62,859 nucleotides of DNA from Pelomyxa schiedti (taxonomy: Eukaryota > Protista > Evosea), in assembly GCA_020536535.1 (NCBI GenBank), contig JAHLWZ010000069.1:1-62859 (forward strand), written 5' to 3'. The position numbers and the translations under genes are program-made. The notes below the pieces were generated by a model. The model saw only the letters and a list, made by a program, of their open reading frames with translations. It had not been told where the DNA came from and ran no database searches. Positions 48,224 through 61,812 of the stretch are shown piece after piece (the first letter of the stretch is position 1; the number at the start of each line of letters is the position of its first letter).

Positions 48224-48584
48224 TGTGTACTTTATCAAGTACACGAGCTTTAGCTCTATGGACACCCTGCAGACTCTGTACAAATCCCGACTCTCGAGAT
48301 CCAATGCGGGCTTGATGGAATTACTGGAATAAGGCAGTGACGATCTTATGAGACGCAGAACGCACTAATGCGGACTGCAGTGGTGATTGATTCTAAGGTA
48401 ATCTTGACTGAGAATTGGACAACAGTGTGGCTTCGAAGCTAACCGCACCTAACCACACCAAAATAATTATCCTTTGAACACGTGCAACCCAAGCACGAGA
48501 ACAAGCAAGAGAACCTTTACACTCACACTCTCTTTCGTTCTTTTCCCTCTGTGGGGCTTTATTCTCTTCCCACAGAAGCTAACA
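48224..48584. mobile_element. Solo LTR (361 bp)
   Basis: TGT...ACA ends; 4-bp AAAG target duplication (48220-48223 and 48585-48588); empty site GAAAAGCAAAG at 46701-46711. Confidence 0.72.
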
Positions 48585-51486
48585 AAAGCAAAGTAATAAA
48601 GAATAAACTCTGGGGTTTGTGGTTGGGCTACACACAAGAAAAACAAAGAACCACCTTACACCCCAGCACCACAAACGTAGCCATTGATGTTGAACCAGTG
48701 CTGTGAAGTCGCCATGATTAATTACCTCAACTGGTACTGTCACCAACAAGGCCGCAGCCAGTGTGTTGCTGATTTCACCCCCCCCACTCATGCCACCCCT
48801 TTGCCATGGTTGCCACAACAATCCCTGCCAACTACCTTCACTGGCGCACGTGTGTTTCCCTGAGTGGAATTTGACACGGTCAACTGTAGGCCTGTGTGAT
48901 TCAGTGAATCCACAGGCAAACTTTTCAATGCAAACCGCTGAAGCAATGCAGGACTGAGAGACAGGTTCTGAGTCAGCAGTGTGGACTTAACGAATTTGGA
49001 AATCAACTTCATGGAAATCTCCATGATCATTTGACTCGATTTCAAGGCCTTTATAAGCTTGATGCTCCAAGCTCAGAATCACATTGAAAAAACACACAAA
49101 CTCAAACAACAAACACAAGGCAAACAATAGAACCCTTTATTCCAATCGAATTCATCTCTTTCTGTCTTCCGTTATTGAGTGAGTATCCCCACATTAGTTC
49201 AAACACAACATACACAGAAGCATACAGGCCGTCGCAAGTTGTTGGGTGGTCAACTGTAGGCAGTTGCAAGTGTGTGCTTCTGTGTTGTGTTTGTTTGTTG
49301 TAGTAGTAAACCTCTTTTTTTTTTTTTTTTTTTTTTTCTTTAGCTTCTGCAGTTATTGTAAGTGCATTATTGGTATGTATTCCTCTCTGTCTTGCTCAAA
49401 GACCATCATCATGACAAAAGAAGTTGTAGTGATGTGTACTAAAAAGGGGTGTTTTACCTTTTTGTGTTTTTTTGGCCAAATGTAGGTAAGGAGTAATTGA
49501 GACATTTTGTTGAAAGCCAGATTAGGTCTTACATCAGCGCAACGCAATGTTCGCTGCCACCCACAGTTGAGGGATTAACCCAGTTAGAGTCTCTCTGTTC
49601 CTCTTTTGCTGTTACTGTTTTTTTCGTATCCTTCATTATGGGTGAACTTCCCGCTTTTTTGCGTTTGGTTTTTCCCTTTATGTGTTTTGGCATCTAACTG
49701 TGTGGCGGGTACTGCCGTTTGACAAATCGCCTTACCAGTGGGGGGTTGTTGCGTTCTCCACTTAGGCGGACGCCAGCGGTTTCCTCCACATCAATACACT
49801 ATTCAATCCAGTAAGTAGTGGCTCATTTTTCTCCTTTTTACCTCCTTTTCTTCCGATTCATTCACCACCTAAATTCTTTTGCCAGCAGCTCGTTGCTATT
49901 ACACTAAGGGAAACAGGTACACATACATTGGAGAGCCTCCTACCAATTGTTTTGGTGAGGCTGTAGCCCATTGACGCAGAGCCTATGTTATGGTATTTCT
50001 ATACATAATCTCATTGTTGTATACTTTATTCTTGCCGACCCCGGGAAATGATACTTCTCTGTACTATGTGAGAATTTCAGGATAATATAACAGTAGTCAA
50101 CCTACTGCAGGTTACGTGTTGCATATGCGGCAATCACGTCCATACTAGTGCATTGATTTGATTTGTGGGGTACCAGGGTATATCCTGTTTCTTTTACCTG
50201 CTAAACATTAAAGAATGACAGATGGTACCCTAGTGCAATAGTACTACAGTTCAAATCAACTACGAGACCGAATTAAAAACAGAAGATAGCACCTTTGCCG
50301 GCATATGGATTTATGAAGGAATTAAAGAAATTTGAACTACCAAGTTGCCTTGGATACAGTAATCCCTGAATCACACTCACAAGTATCTCTGCATAGTATG
50401 CATACTAGTGTGGAAAGAAGGTACTTTTATAACTCTTATAACAGAAATAAAGGCACAGTAACGATTGCAGTTGTATTTGCAGTGTCCCCCATACATTCAT
50501 CGTGTCAAGTGATTGAAATCTGTTATTCGTTCCTGGAAGGTTATCAGCATTTGATCATTTGCATGAAACAAAAACAAAAGAACACACGGTGGCCGATAAC
50601 AGCACTTGCACAATGACTCCATGTTGCTTGATGTGAAAAAGAGGCATGCAAATCTCTATTTTCTGGTAATTTTCCACATTTCTTTTTTTAAATGGTTCTA
50701 ACACGTCTGTTTATTAGCTCAAACTTTGAAGGCAGTCTCCCATGTAGTAGGGCATTATGGTAATATATAGACTGCCATTTTGCATTATCCATATGCCCTC
50801 TGTGCCTTGTGAGTTTAAGAAAGCATTAACTTTGGTGCCTGACGAAGAAGCCCATTGAAGATATGAGTACCGGAAATTTGGGTACTCTTGGAATCGGTAC
50901 CGATTCAAGGACCATTTAATCCTCACACAAGGTGGGGAAACAGTAGTAGAACTTGGTGAATGGAGAGATGCACTACGGGGCTACAATGCGTGAAGGTCTT
51001 CTTGAGGCTCATACATTTCGTTCAATAGGTATTCTTTATTTCACATGTCAGTCTATTTGGACATCCACTCACCAGGTTTGATGAACTCCAGGGAGGTTGA
51101 TGAAACCAGCAATCTCTTTTTGCTGCACAAAGGGCAATAATATTCCACTATCTTCTTGCATGATCTCATTTTGTATACTATTCTTGGGATTCATCTTGGT
51201 TACCACTCACCCAGTCATTCACATCAACTGTGCCAAGTGGAGCACGCCTAGAAAAGCAGCTGCCCCCATTGGATGACCAACTCAACTGTGTTTAAGGAGA
51301 GTGACGAATAGTGTCTAGTACTCTGTTTCCAGATAGTTAGTTACTCCTAGAAGTACTGGAATATTCGGAACGAAAATACTCAAGCAACGTAAGATCTAAC
51401 GAAGGAATAGTAAAACCAATAACCCAACCTTCAGTCACCACAAAACAGCCAACAAACGCTGCACCCCAACAGCAAAATCCAGTTGC

Positions 51487-52385
51487 ATGGCACACCGGGT
51501 GCCGTTTCGCCTCCGCCGCCGACCACGAGCCGATCGTCACGGTCGGACCACTGGCCGTCGCCCAACCCCTCCAGAGCAATATGTCACGGCGGAATCGGCG
51601 CGCGGCCGGTACCATAAGTCCGGATCGTATACTCTTCCTCCTCGGATAGCCGCAGTTCTTCGCGACCGACTCTCTTGTCAACGTGCCCAAGACGGCGACA
51701 GCTTATTCTTCCGCGTCCGCCTCGTCTGTGTGGTCGACTCCCACAATTGCGAACGTGACGGCCATTATCACCCCCTGTACCCCCCCTCGACACGGCACAA
51801 GTGGTTCCCAATGGTGACCTGGACCAGACTCAAAACTCAAGTCAGAATCCAAGTCAGAACCAGGAACAGGACCTGCCCCCTAATTCTGCTTCTGTTATCC
51901 TTGGCGCAGCTTCTAGTACTTCACAGAAGGCTCACTATTCCAGACACTCTCGTTCACAGTCACACGCTCAGTTTGTCATTCAAACCAACCCACTATCTGC
52001 TCGCAACAATCAGGATTCCCAGTCCGCTTCTGCGGCATTCTGTTCTTCACCCCCGCAGTCACAGGTTTTGCAAATGTCACAATCTGATGACCAACTGACC
52101 AAGGCGGACGCACACGCCCGCCAGCTTCACCGGTACCACTCAGCAAAGCACACACATCACTCCGCCTCCCCTCCTCCATCAAGTTCATCACACCTACTTC
52201 CAGCTGGATGCTCCTCGCCTGGCTTTTCATCATCCCCATCTATTCCAATTGTGTCCCAACCTTTATTCACGCCACCTCTTTTGCCCACGGCCGCTACGAC
52301 GCCACCGGCATCATCCCCAGTGTACATATCACAAAACCCAAGGACACCAGGATCCGCCACTTCAGCAGCTCAGCATTCTACTTGA
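51487..52385 (+). pseudogene. S/P/Q-rich gene fragment with frame breaks, inside the long TIR element
   Basis: Overlapping low-complexity ORFs (51487-52098 and 51801-52385), GC-rich like first exons elsewhere in the window; no recognisable domain. Confidence 0.3.
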
Positions 52386-52942
52386 CCCCGGAATCTTCTA
52401 TCTGCTCCTTCACTCAATCCCTCTACCACACCAAAAATCCCAGCCACAATGTCACTTGCAACCAATTCCCCTCCACCAGGGCCACAACAACAGCACCATT
52501 TGTACACTGACCCCATAAGATCACCTGCTGTGTATTGTATGCGTGAATCTCTTTATTCCCACAATAATTACATGCTGCCAGGGATGCCTCATAGTAAACT
52601 CGCTCTGGCCAAATAATGTGGCTCCACTGTGTTGGAGCTCTGCATGATTGATCCACATCTTATTGTCTGGCTGGTACATCTATTTTTTGGGAATCTGACT
52701 GTGATTGTCAGGGGAACTCCCAGATTATTTTCCGTTGTATACAAATTTTTTCTAAGTCGATTTTTGTTTTCAAAATCCGCCGTGGGGAGTCCCACAGTTT
52801 GAATGGACCGTTTCGAAGGTGCCAACCCAGCAGGGGAATTAAGTTGCCTCTCTCGCTCTTTTTGAAGGAATTCTCGCCCTGCCCTGGGGACTGGGCTTTT
52901 AGCCAAGTATTGTCAGATCTCTTTTCGTTTCGTTGCGTTTCG

Positions 52943-55900
52943 ATGCTGTACTGCGTGAGGTACGAGCCAACGGGGGTAAAGTTCGCACAAAAAGGCGGAA
53001 GCGAGGACCCCGACGCGTTCCACGGAGTGGTGTTGTCTCCCGACCCGTTTTCATCTGCCGGCGCACATGCCAAAAATCGGGACTCGGCGGGGCCGAGGCA
53101 CGCGGCCGGCATTGCTGAAGAAAAAATGCCGCCGGGAACGTGCACTGCGGCACGCGCGGACGACCTGGATCTAGATCTGGAGTTGGAGTCGGAGGTGTGT
53201 GGCGTTGGTGACCTTGTCGTGTGGAGCGTTTCCGGGTGCGTGCGGCGCGTTTGGCATCGTGGCGTCGGATTACCTCCCCCTCTTCCTTGTCAGAGTTCCG
53301 CGCAAATGTCTCTTTCAGATCGGGCACCAGCAGCCCGTGAAGGTTCAACGACCACTGAAAGTCGCAGTGTGGATCGCTGCGGCGTCAGTGCCAGTGATGC
53401 GCACGGAACATATAAAACCACGCGCACAACTGCCACTGACAGCCAGATTGGTGGCGACGTTAGCATGGTGGCTGGAGATGAGCAGAGGACCACTACGGAG
53501 ATAATTGGAGCAAAGGGAATGACATCAAAGGGGCGTAGATTTGCTGAGACAGCTGTGTGGTGCCGCTTTGGGAGGTACATTGGGACCAGCGGGCATGGCT
53601 GTGAAGGGGATGGGTGTGTTGATTCTATGTGGTTATGTGTTTTGAGTGGGGATAGATTGAGTCTTTTCTCTACTGATTCAGAGGTATTACTCCCATTTCA
53701 AATCTGGAATCTCAATTCCAAAAAGGATCAGGAAATTAAATTTAATACTGGATCGTTTTGTGCCATATATGCAACTGTGTTCGGTTTGTTGGCCTACAGG
53801 AATCCTGTAGAGTCGCTTTGCTACACTTACCCACCTGCATTTGTGAAAAATAAGCCTTCCACAATTCTTTTTGCTTTAGTGCATCCTCTGCGAGCACTTT
53901 CTCCTGTGGCTTTTCAAACAAACAGAGGTGTTCACTTTTTTTTTTGTTCATTTACTGTTCTGACCACAAAAAGATGACCCACAGGTTCTTACTGATACTT
54001 CCAAGGTAAAGATTCTTTTTTTCCTCTCTCTTGAAATTGGGTTTAGAGAGTTGTGTGGGCCTCAAGAAACTGGCCACTCATCTTGTTGTATGACAAAGTA
54101 GCACAACTTCATACTCTACATATACTATCGCACAAGCAACCCCCACTGTTTTCTAGTCACTGTGTAAGTAACATCTTCACTGTTGTAGGCTAACCTCTTT
54201 TAGCCTGAAGTATTGATCAGTGATGTAATTTGGCAGGATCAAATTAAATCTTCTGAGGAAGCTGTTTCTGTATTTTCTGGAGCACCAAGTATGTGCCAAA
54301 ATCCTCGAATTTACGTACTTCGGTTCGTTCCTCTTAGCCGCACCTCTTTTCCTCACAACTTTTTTTTTCCCAGACAAGGGGGAGAATTAGCAGTACTTTC
54401 CATAGACTTAGAAAAAAGAGCATCCACTTTGGTTTGACAATATATTTGTGAATGACGATGCTCATTATTGAATTACCAGCTATTTTCTTTTTCTGCAATC
54501 AGCCAAGCCACTTGCCTCAGTCCTCCATATTTTTTGCCCTCCCCTCTTCTCATCATGGTATCATCAGACAATATTTTGTCTGCATACATTGGTATTGCTT
54601 TTACCGTCACAAGCTTTTTCTAACTCACTCAAGAGGGAAAAAAAGTGTTTGACTCTCCACTCCTGACTCCCAGAGAAGTAATTACTTATATCAAAGGCAG
54701 TAGTACATCATGTTGGTTTTCATTTGAGACTGCCTGTCAAAGCCTTTATACTTGTTGCTTAAGGTATATCGCCTCCCTGACAATTTTCTTTTTGGTGATT
54801 GTTCTCTTTTATGATGGTGTTTTTTCACAGGGTATCCCCTGCACTCTCTTTAACCAGAGAGTGTTTTTCTGCAATAAGCTGTGTACTTCCTTTGGATTGT
54901 CTCTTGACGCTATTTGCTACCTACATATCCCATTTGCACCCAGGATCGGATGTGCTTGATGTCACCAGAAACGACTGGTCTCCAGAGTGGAGAGCCTTTT
55001 TCAAACTCATGACGATACCAAATACCCGAGAGCTAGTGTGTCAAAGTAGAAACAGCCCCACTCAAGCATGTGATGACACCAGTTGGGAAGAGTTGATTTC
55101 CAGTGATTACCATCACTCTCGAATACATAGACCCGAAGTGGAGGGTATTATGCAATTATGCACCTCCCTTCAAGTGGAAGGTTCACAGGGTATATTTCCA
55201 ACAAACATATCTGAAGAAGTCCGGGCAATCAAACGGTATGCAAAGGGGCACTGTTGAGGCACCTTAATTCTTTCTAGATCTCACAGTTCTTCTATTTCAT
55301 TGGCCTTACACCTTTTGTTTGAAAACTACCGACTTAATGTGTTGGCCTGCAAGGACCTCGCTCACCTATCTGAGTTACTTTTCCATCTTTGTACGCCTAC
55401 TTATGGAAAAAAAACCTGTCTAATCAACTCAAGCTGTGGACGAAGGAAACGGAAGATATGCTGCCCATTACAAGCGCCTCCAACCTTTATGCTCATACAG
55501 AACACCCCTTCTTGTTTGTTGTGTCCAATCAAGGGAAAAAGTAACTTTTCCCTAGGATTATACCAGGGGGGATGACCCACCAGACATTTTTGAATGGCTT
55601 CGTAGCTGCCTTCAATGCAGGTTTGTGGTTCTGTCTTTCATTTTACATATTTAAATCTTCAGGGTCGATCCTGCTCCTTTCCCTCAACTTAAGGGATCTA
55701 GTCCTTGTACTATGACAGATAAAGTTTGTTCTGTTTTCTTGAAGCTACGGAAGTGGTGAGTTTCAGTTTATTACATTTTTTTCTAAAAAAACCAAAAAAC
55801 CCAGTCAAACTGCTGACCCAATAGGATGGGTGGAGGTTGTGAGACACCTCTCTAGGCTTCATTTCAGTGTTGATGACCTTCACAACTTGCCCTTTTGTTT

Positions 55901-58900
55901 TTCTTTGCCTATTCTCACGGCTTGTTCCATGTGCAGGTATGTCCCTTCCATTGTTAGGTGAGGTTAACTCCTAAAGTGCAGTGCTAACCCTCCAGTGGGC
56001 TTGGCCACAAGTACCTACGATATAATTGACCGCTCAGATCTTTCAGTACAAAACTTTTGTAAGACTCAGGCTTCTTCTTTTTTTTTTTTTTTCTTTTTTA
56101 AAACTTGAGGAAGATATTTCCAAAACAACATCGGTGGAAGCCCCATGGTTGAAAATAGATGTACAGCACAGTGACCCAAGCGAAACAAGCAGTGCACAGC
56201 CTGAAAAATCAAATGACTTTTCCCATGAATATGACCCAGTTTCATCTTTACTTTTCCCAGATGATCTGCGTCTACAGGTACTTGTTATATTTATACCATA
56301 TTAATATAACTTCATCTTCCAGGAAGTGTGCAACTTGTTGCAGTCCAGTTCAAGAGTTCCAATCAATGATTCCCAAGTACCCTTCCATCACATATCTGAT
56401 GAAGTCATTTTGAGATAAGGTTATTTAGGCTGAAGGTGAATCTGACCAAGGTTTCCTCCTCAAACAGCAAGTATTTCACTTCCAGTCTTTTTGTCACTTA
56501 CTTTACGCTCTGTAGAAACAATTGGAGTTAGTTCTATCTCGTACTTGTTCTCTTAGTGTATGAATACCTTAGTAGCTTTCTCTGAAGATGGTAAAAAACA
56601 CCAGGTTGGACGTGGTGCCTTTGTCCTATCTACAAGTAATTCAGCTAAAACGGAGGACACGACACTATTTCCCCCTCTCCAACTTAATGGTGTTGATCCC
56701 ACCTCCCACCAAGTAAGTGTATTTGTCTCATTTATGTGTCTCAATGCCACAAGGTAACACTTTCCACTCAACATGATGTATCATGGCCCAATTTTCACAA
56801 TGGCGTTGCATATGGACTTAAGTTCAAAAGAAGTAACTCACCCAACCTCTATTTCTGTTGATACATATCCAGGGTGTAGTCATTTCAGCAATACTAAGCT
56901 ACTTGGCACACGTCCTCACACATTAAGTGATACTCACGCAGGCTTTTTATATGGGCTTGGTAAGATTCCACTGATGGGATCTATGTTTATCTATTGCAGG
57001 GTTACAAGGAAATCTTGCCCTATCACTTGTAAGTGTATCTGAGTTTTTGAAGGGCTGCCACTACCTCACCATAATCGCCATACTGCTGGGTCTTTCTGTG
57101 TCCAAGGTTGCCTCCATTTCAGTTGATCTATCGTGACTTTACTAGATTGGTAGTATGGATAATGATGTATTTAGGGCTCTGTCACTCCACCTCCCTTTCT
57201 CCCAAGAGCATTCAACCCAGAATGTCCTTGTGCAAGCTTCAGCACTAATTGGGGTAAGACCCAACCACAACAGAAATCCACCTTTTGCTACCCCCCTTTT
57301 TTTTTGTTGTAACAAAAAAAGGTTGGATTACTCTACCTCGGGTCAGGTAACAGTATTGTGGGATCCCTGCTGCTACAACAACTCGATCAGCTCCCACCTA
57401 CAGTCCATCCAACACAGCGAGAGATGTGGCACCTTACAGCGGGTATTGTTGCAAGTTGGCTTCGATTCTTGAATGACTTAGCCAGGGATGGCATATGGAC
57501 TGGCCATGCTTGGACTTGGCAATACCCTTCCAAACACACAAAGTGAAAGTGAACATCCTCACATTAAAATACTGCGGAAAAGGCTTTCAACACAGCGTTA
57601 TAACCATGATCCGGCGAACTCTCTTGAGTGCAATATCAGTAGCAATGTAACGCAAACCTACAAGTATTGTTACCAACGAAAATGCAGGCCTCTTATTCTG
57701 GATCTGTGTTCGCTCTTGGTCTAATGTTTTTAAAAACTAACAATGTCCAAATAGCCTCATTATTGCAGGTTTGACATTTTTTCTCACTTATGCTTTTATA
57801 ATGTAGACTCGTGTCTAGGTGCAAAGCACAGTTGCACTGCAAAGTTTTCGCCCTGACCTTTTATTTATTACTGTCTTAATGCATTCTCTTATCCTTTGGG
57901 ACACTATTCAGGTAAAACATGTTTCCTTTGTGATGGCGTTTAGTCTTGATAAGGCTTCAACCACCTGGGTCAATTCTCATGTGCCAGATGGTCCCTCCCT
58001 TGTACAACCACGCCACTTCATAGTTGCGGGGCGTTGCTTGGCCCTGGCTCTTAAGTAAGTTCCATTTGCAACATGAAGATGTAAACCTGGGAAAGGTACG
58101 CCGGTACAGGACTCCAAGTAATCAAATCTCTCCTACTTTCACAACTGGAAGTGATGAACGCGGACTTTAAATCTTTTCCAAATGAGTCTCCCTTCCTGCA
58201 TAACGTTTGCCTAAATATGCTCTTAATTGTAAGAATTCCTTCTATTTATATGTGGTGATTCTATTTAGAGTTTGGCAATATTAATGGCTGGAACCGGTGA
58301 TCTCGAAACCCTGAGGCATTTGCGAATTTTTCATGCCAAGGTTGTCCTTTTATTCTCCCACTTGGAAATTCTAATGCTGGTCGTCAAGATTTCTGAAGAT
58401 GTTACTTATGGTGATCACATGGCTAGGTTGAGCTTGTCTTTCCAATGACCACCTACTGACTGTACCCAAGGCACTTAGCCCTAGGATTCCTCTTTTTGGG
58501 TGGTGGAAAGTTTAATCTCTCAACCTCTTGCCCTTCAGTTGCTGGTACACCGATACTTTTTAATCTATTGTTCAACTGACAAGTGAAGCCATTGTTTGCG
58601 CCCTTTATCCAATCTTTCCAAGCCAGCCCAACGACAACACCTACCACCTTCAGGCTCTTCGGTACGAACTGTTTTTTCTCATTTCAACTGAAGTTTTTTT
58701 TAAGGCATTTATATGTTATTGCATCAGAGTCACGATGCATTATCCCGTGTGATGTGGAAACTAAGCGAGTCTGTTCAGCCATGGTTCGTGTTACTCTGAA
58801 GCCATGTCATCTCAATGACAATCAAGGTATTTTCTCAAAGGGTATTTCATTACCAACTCTCCTGCTCCCCTTCACAGATTCTACTGTCTTGTTGCGTGGA

Positions 58901-60021
58901 CCCTGCCATCTTCCAGAATTCTCACTCATCACCAAGATTGATGTCACATCGTCTGTCATATATTTTTTTTTATTTTTACTAACTTGTCGTAAAGAGAAGG
59001 CTACTGGGGGCATTGTCTATGCCCCTCACCCCAAGAACCTGAAGGTTATAAGCGGTTCGGTTTGATTGATATAGGAGACGGCCTCCTTCTTTACCTAAAA
59101 AGGCACGCCGGAATGATCGCGGCGGAGCCTCCTAACAGTTTTTCCCATATATTCACATCGAGAATTAATTTCACCTTTAGAATATTCCAGTCTTACATTG
59201 CACGCCCTTGATGCAGATAAGGAAGCCTCTTGGCTTAAGTACTCCACTCTTCTTCATTCTTGCTTTCACATATGCCCCAGGTCTGCATCAGGAATGGATA
59301 TTTGCATTCGAAAATTCATTTCAGTATGCGTTAAGTCGCAGACTAAGACTCATAGTGGTAGGAGTGGTATATTCACTGTTACCAACAAGTAATAGCGCAG
59401 TAATCTTGTTAGATGTCATTCGCAAGTTGATGACTACCTCTGTACATGATCAAAGATTGCACCTTCTAAATTTCTATGCACACTTGTGGGTTTGTGTGAA
59501 CAATCCCACGACAACAACACCGCAAGATTTGCTTGAAATCTCATTCATACATTTTCTCAGCAAAGCTTACCCCATTCTCCTAGGCATGCTTTCTTTCCTT
59601 GGTCTTAGTCAAACATACCATAACTTTCTACCGAACAGGCACTTTGGACAAAGGATTTTTACGGTGGGCCTATTCGGCACTCCAGACCAGCTTGCCCCTA
59701 GAACGAAGCAGCTTCGAAGCCTACATTTCCGGCGTCAGTACCAGCCACGCCCCAGCCAGCGACCTGCGGCTCTCCCAGTTCCTAGCACTTCACAACGCCC
59801 CTCCACTTTCCGTTCTGCGTAGGATTCACCAAGTCCTCACCACCACTGCACCCCCACCTTCAACACAACAAATTCCATCACCATCACCACCAACATCACA
59901 TCATCAGCCTATCTTGACGGCCGTCACCACGGCACTCCCCAAGACACTCGTGCTTATGTCAGAGTTCCCCAACCTCGACGCCGAGCTGCTCGCTGAGCTG
60001 TGCCAGATCTACTGCACCTAA
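52943..60021 (+). CDS. ANAPC1: Anaphase-promoting complex subunit 1
   Basis: LLFPDDLRLQEV, HAGFLYGLGLQG, VQASALIGVGLLY, LGLMFLKTNN, FRPDLLF, AGRCLALALKYAGT, MAGTGDL, YGDHMA, LGFLFLGGG, DNTYHLQALRHLYV. Confidence 0.93.
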
Positions 60022-60127
60022 CGGTTCGCGCACATTTCGCCAAATCAAAGATGCCGACTTGAGAGCACATTTACTTTTTTTTCCGACACAGAAGGAAGTG
60101 GTTTGATTTGGTGTGTGGGTGACGACG

Positions 60128-61049
60128 ATGGCAGCAACACACGCGGCGGAACACACTCCGGAAGCCCCAGAGTACAGCCTCACGATACACAGAGGAATGG
60201 GACTGAGGGCAATGGACGTTGGAGGAGTCTCCGACCCGTAGTGTCATTTTTAGTTCACTTATGTTTTACTTACTTTTACTCTTCCTTTTTTTTTAATGGT
60301 TGCAGGTATGTGAAAATTGTGAGGAAAGGTGGGAAGACCAAGACTACGAAAGCGATGAAGGCTACTGTAGACCCGGTGTGGAATGAGGAGTTCACTATAA
60401 AGGACACATCAGTAACTCTAGAAGTTTGGGACAGGGATTCTGTAAGTGGCTTTTTTTTTGTCTTGGAAGTTTTCCTTAATCCCAAAAGGTCACATCAGAC
60501 GATTTCATGGATAAGATTGTCATCAACCTGGAGGCACTTTGTGATGGCACAGAACACAGACTTGGCTTAGGTAAAGGAGCCATTTTTGTAACTGTGCGAA
60601 GGAAGGATAGCCGGGCCAAAACACATCATTGGAAGGGATACTGGCAGGTATCGAGGGATATACTAATTGGCCTAATCATATACCTGGACTAAGTAGCGGA
60701 AATAACCTTACTTTACAACAGTGGAATACCATGAAGTGTGACATGGACTTCTCTGTTACATTCACAGAGGATGGCAGAATTGAGGGAAGCGGGGAAGATA
60801 GTGCCAGTGGAAGGTTTACTTGGTCTGGAACATATAATGCCGATAACGAGGTGGTCATGACAAAGACCTTCCAAAGTGAAACAGCGGGAGTAAGGTACTG
60901 GCTCACACTCTGTTGTGCTACTGGAAGGACTAAAATCTTTGTATTGTAGAATTTTCAAGGGAAGACTGGACGCCAAACACAAAGTTATGGATGGAACCTG
61001 GACCAACCCAGCAAATGGCAACGAGGGCCCCTTTCACCTGAAGGATTGA
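60128..61049 (+). CDS. C2-domain protein with a C-terminal Gly/Trp-rich beta-barrel-like domain
   Basis: GLRAMDVGGVSDPYVKI...KTKTTKAMKATVDPVWNEEF...LEVWDRD...DDFM (Ca-binding Asp set), then WKGYWQ...GRIEGSGEDSASGRFTWSGTY...MDGTWTN...GPFHL*. Confidence 0.82.
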
Positions 61050-61238
61050 ACCAAAAAAATTTTCTGTCTTACAGAATACACACTACCCGGTCTTGGGTGT
61101 TACCGCCCAGAGGCCAACTCTCGAATTTCGTTTCGACTTCGACACCCACAAGAAGAAGAAAAAAGTACAAACAACAAGGGCTTGTTGGGGGATTTGGTTG
61201 GCTCATTGCCTTGGAGATCAAAGTGGCTCCTGGGATCA

Positions 61239-61712
61239 TCAGTGGCAGAGAGAACAACAGCAACGGATTGATGGAACATGAACATGAGCATAATGGCCTT
61301 GGCTGATGGTGATGGTGATGTGTTGTTGCATGGAACCGAGTGGGGCTCTCGGAACCAATGCCCGCAACCCCGGGCCCCCACGGCCGACTGACACAAACCC
61401 AACAGGGGGATAATCGTCATCATCTTCAGTTGGCGCCACCACCGGCAGCCGCAACAGCAACAGTGGCATCAAGGGCTTCGTTGATCGGCTTGCCATCCTG
61501 AAAATGTGTGTTAGTGCAACAAGAAGGGAAAGGGGACGACAAGGCATCATTACCAGGTTTCCAAAGGCTTAGGAACCAACAACGCCTTCCGTGTTGTAGA
61601 ACTGCAAGGGTGACGGCTGATGTGGTTTGCATTGGGGTCCCTTGCGGAGCTGCTGGTCGTGATATGAAGTGGATTATTCTCCGAACCCTCTTGCTGGCTG
61701 GGGGTGCTGCTG
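61239..61712 (-). CDS. 3' part of a hypothetical gene, truncated by the gap
   Basis: Two exons joinable through a GT-AG intron near 61498-61553; no recognisable domain. Confidence 0.3.
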
Positions 61713-61812
61713 NNNNNNNNNNNNNNNNNNNNNNNNNNNNNNNNNNNNNNNNNNNNNNNNNNNNNNNNNNNNNNNNNNNNNNNNNNNNNNNNNNNNNNNN
61801 NNNNNNNNNNNN

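Larger units (their letters stand above)
47097..52793. mobile_element. Long copy (about 5.7 kb) of the same TIR element, with nested insertions and gene-like cargo
   Basis: Same termini; CAGTTT at 47090-47095 and 52795-52800; left arm collinear with 46264-46984; 52728-52794 matches 47008-47074 at 65/67. Confidence 0.65.

Noticed and set aside
46264-48861. Repeats as a CRISPR-like array
   Set aside because: They are long collinear duplications, not short repeats with unique spacers; the context is eukaryotic and no cas genes are visible.
50330-51330. Possible transposase in the cargo (for example YYCPLCSKKR on the minus strand)
   Set aside because: The frames are short and broken and I see no DDE or other diagnostic motif; left unassigned.
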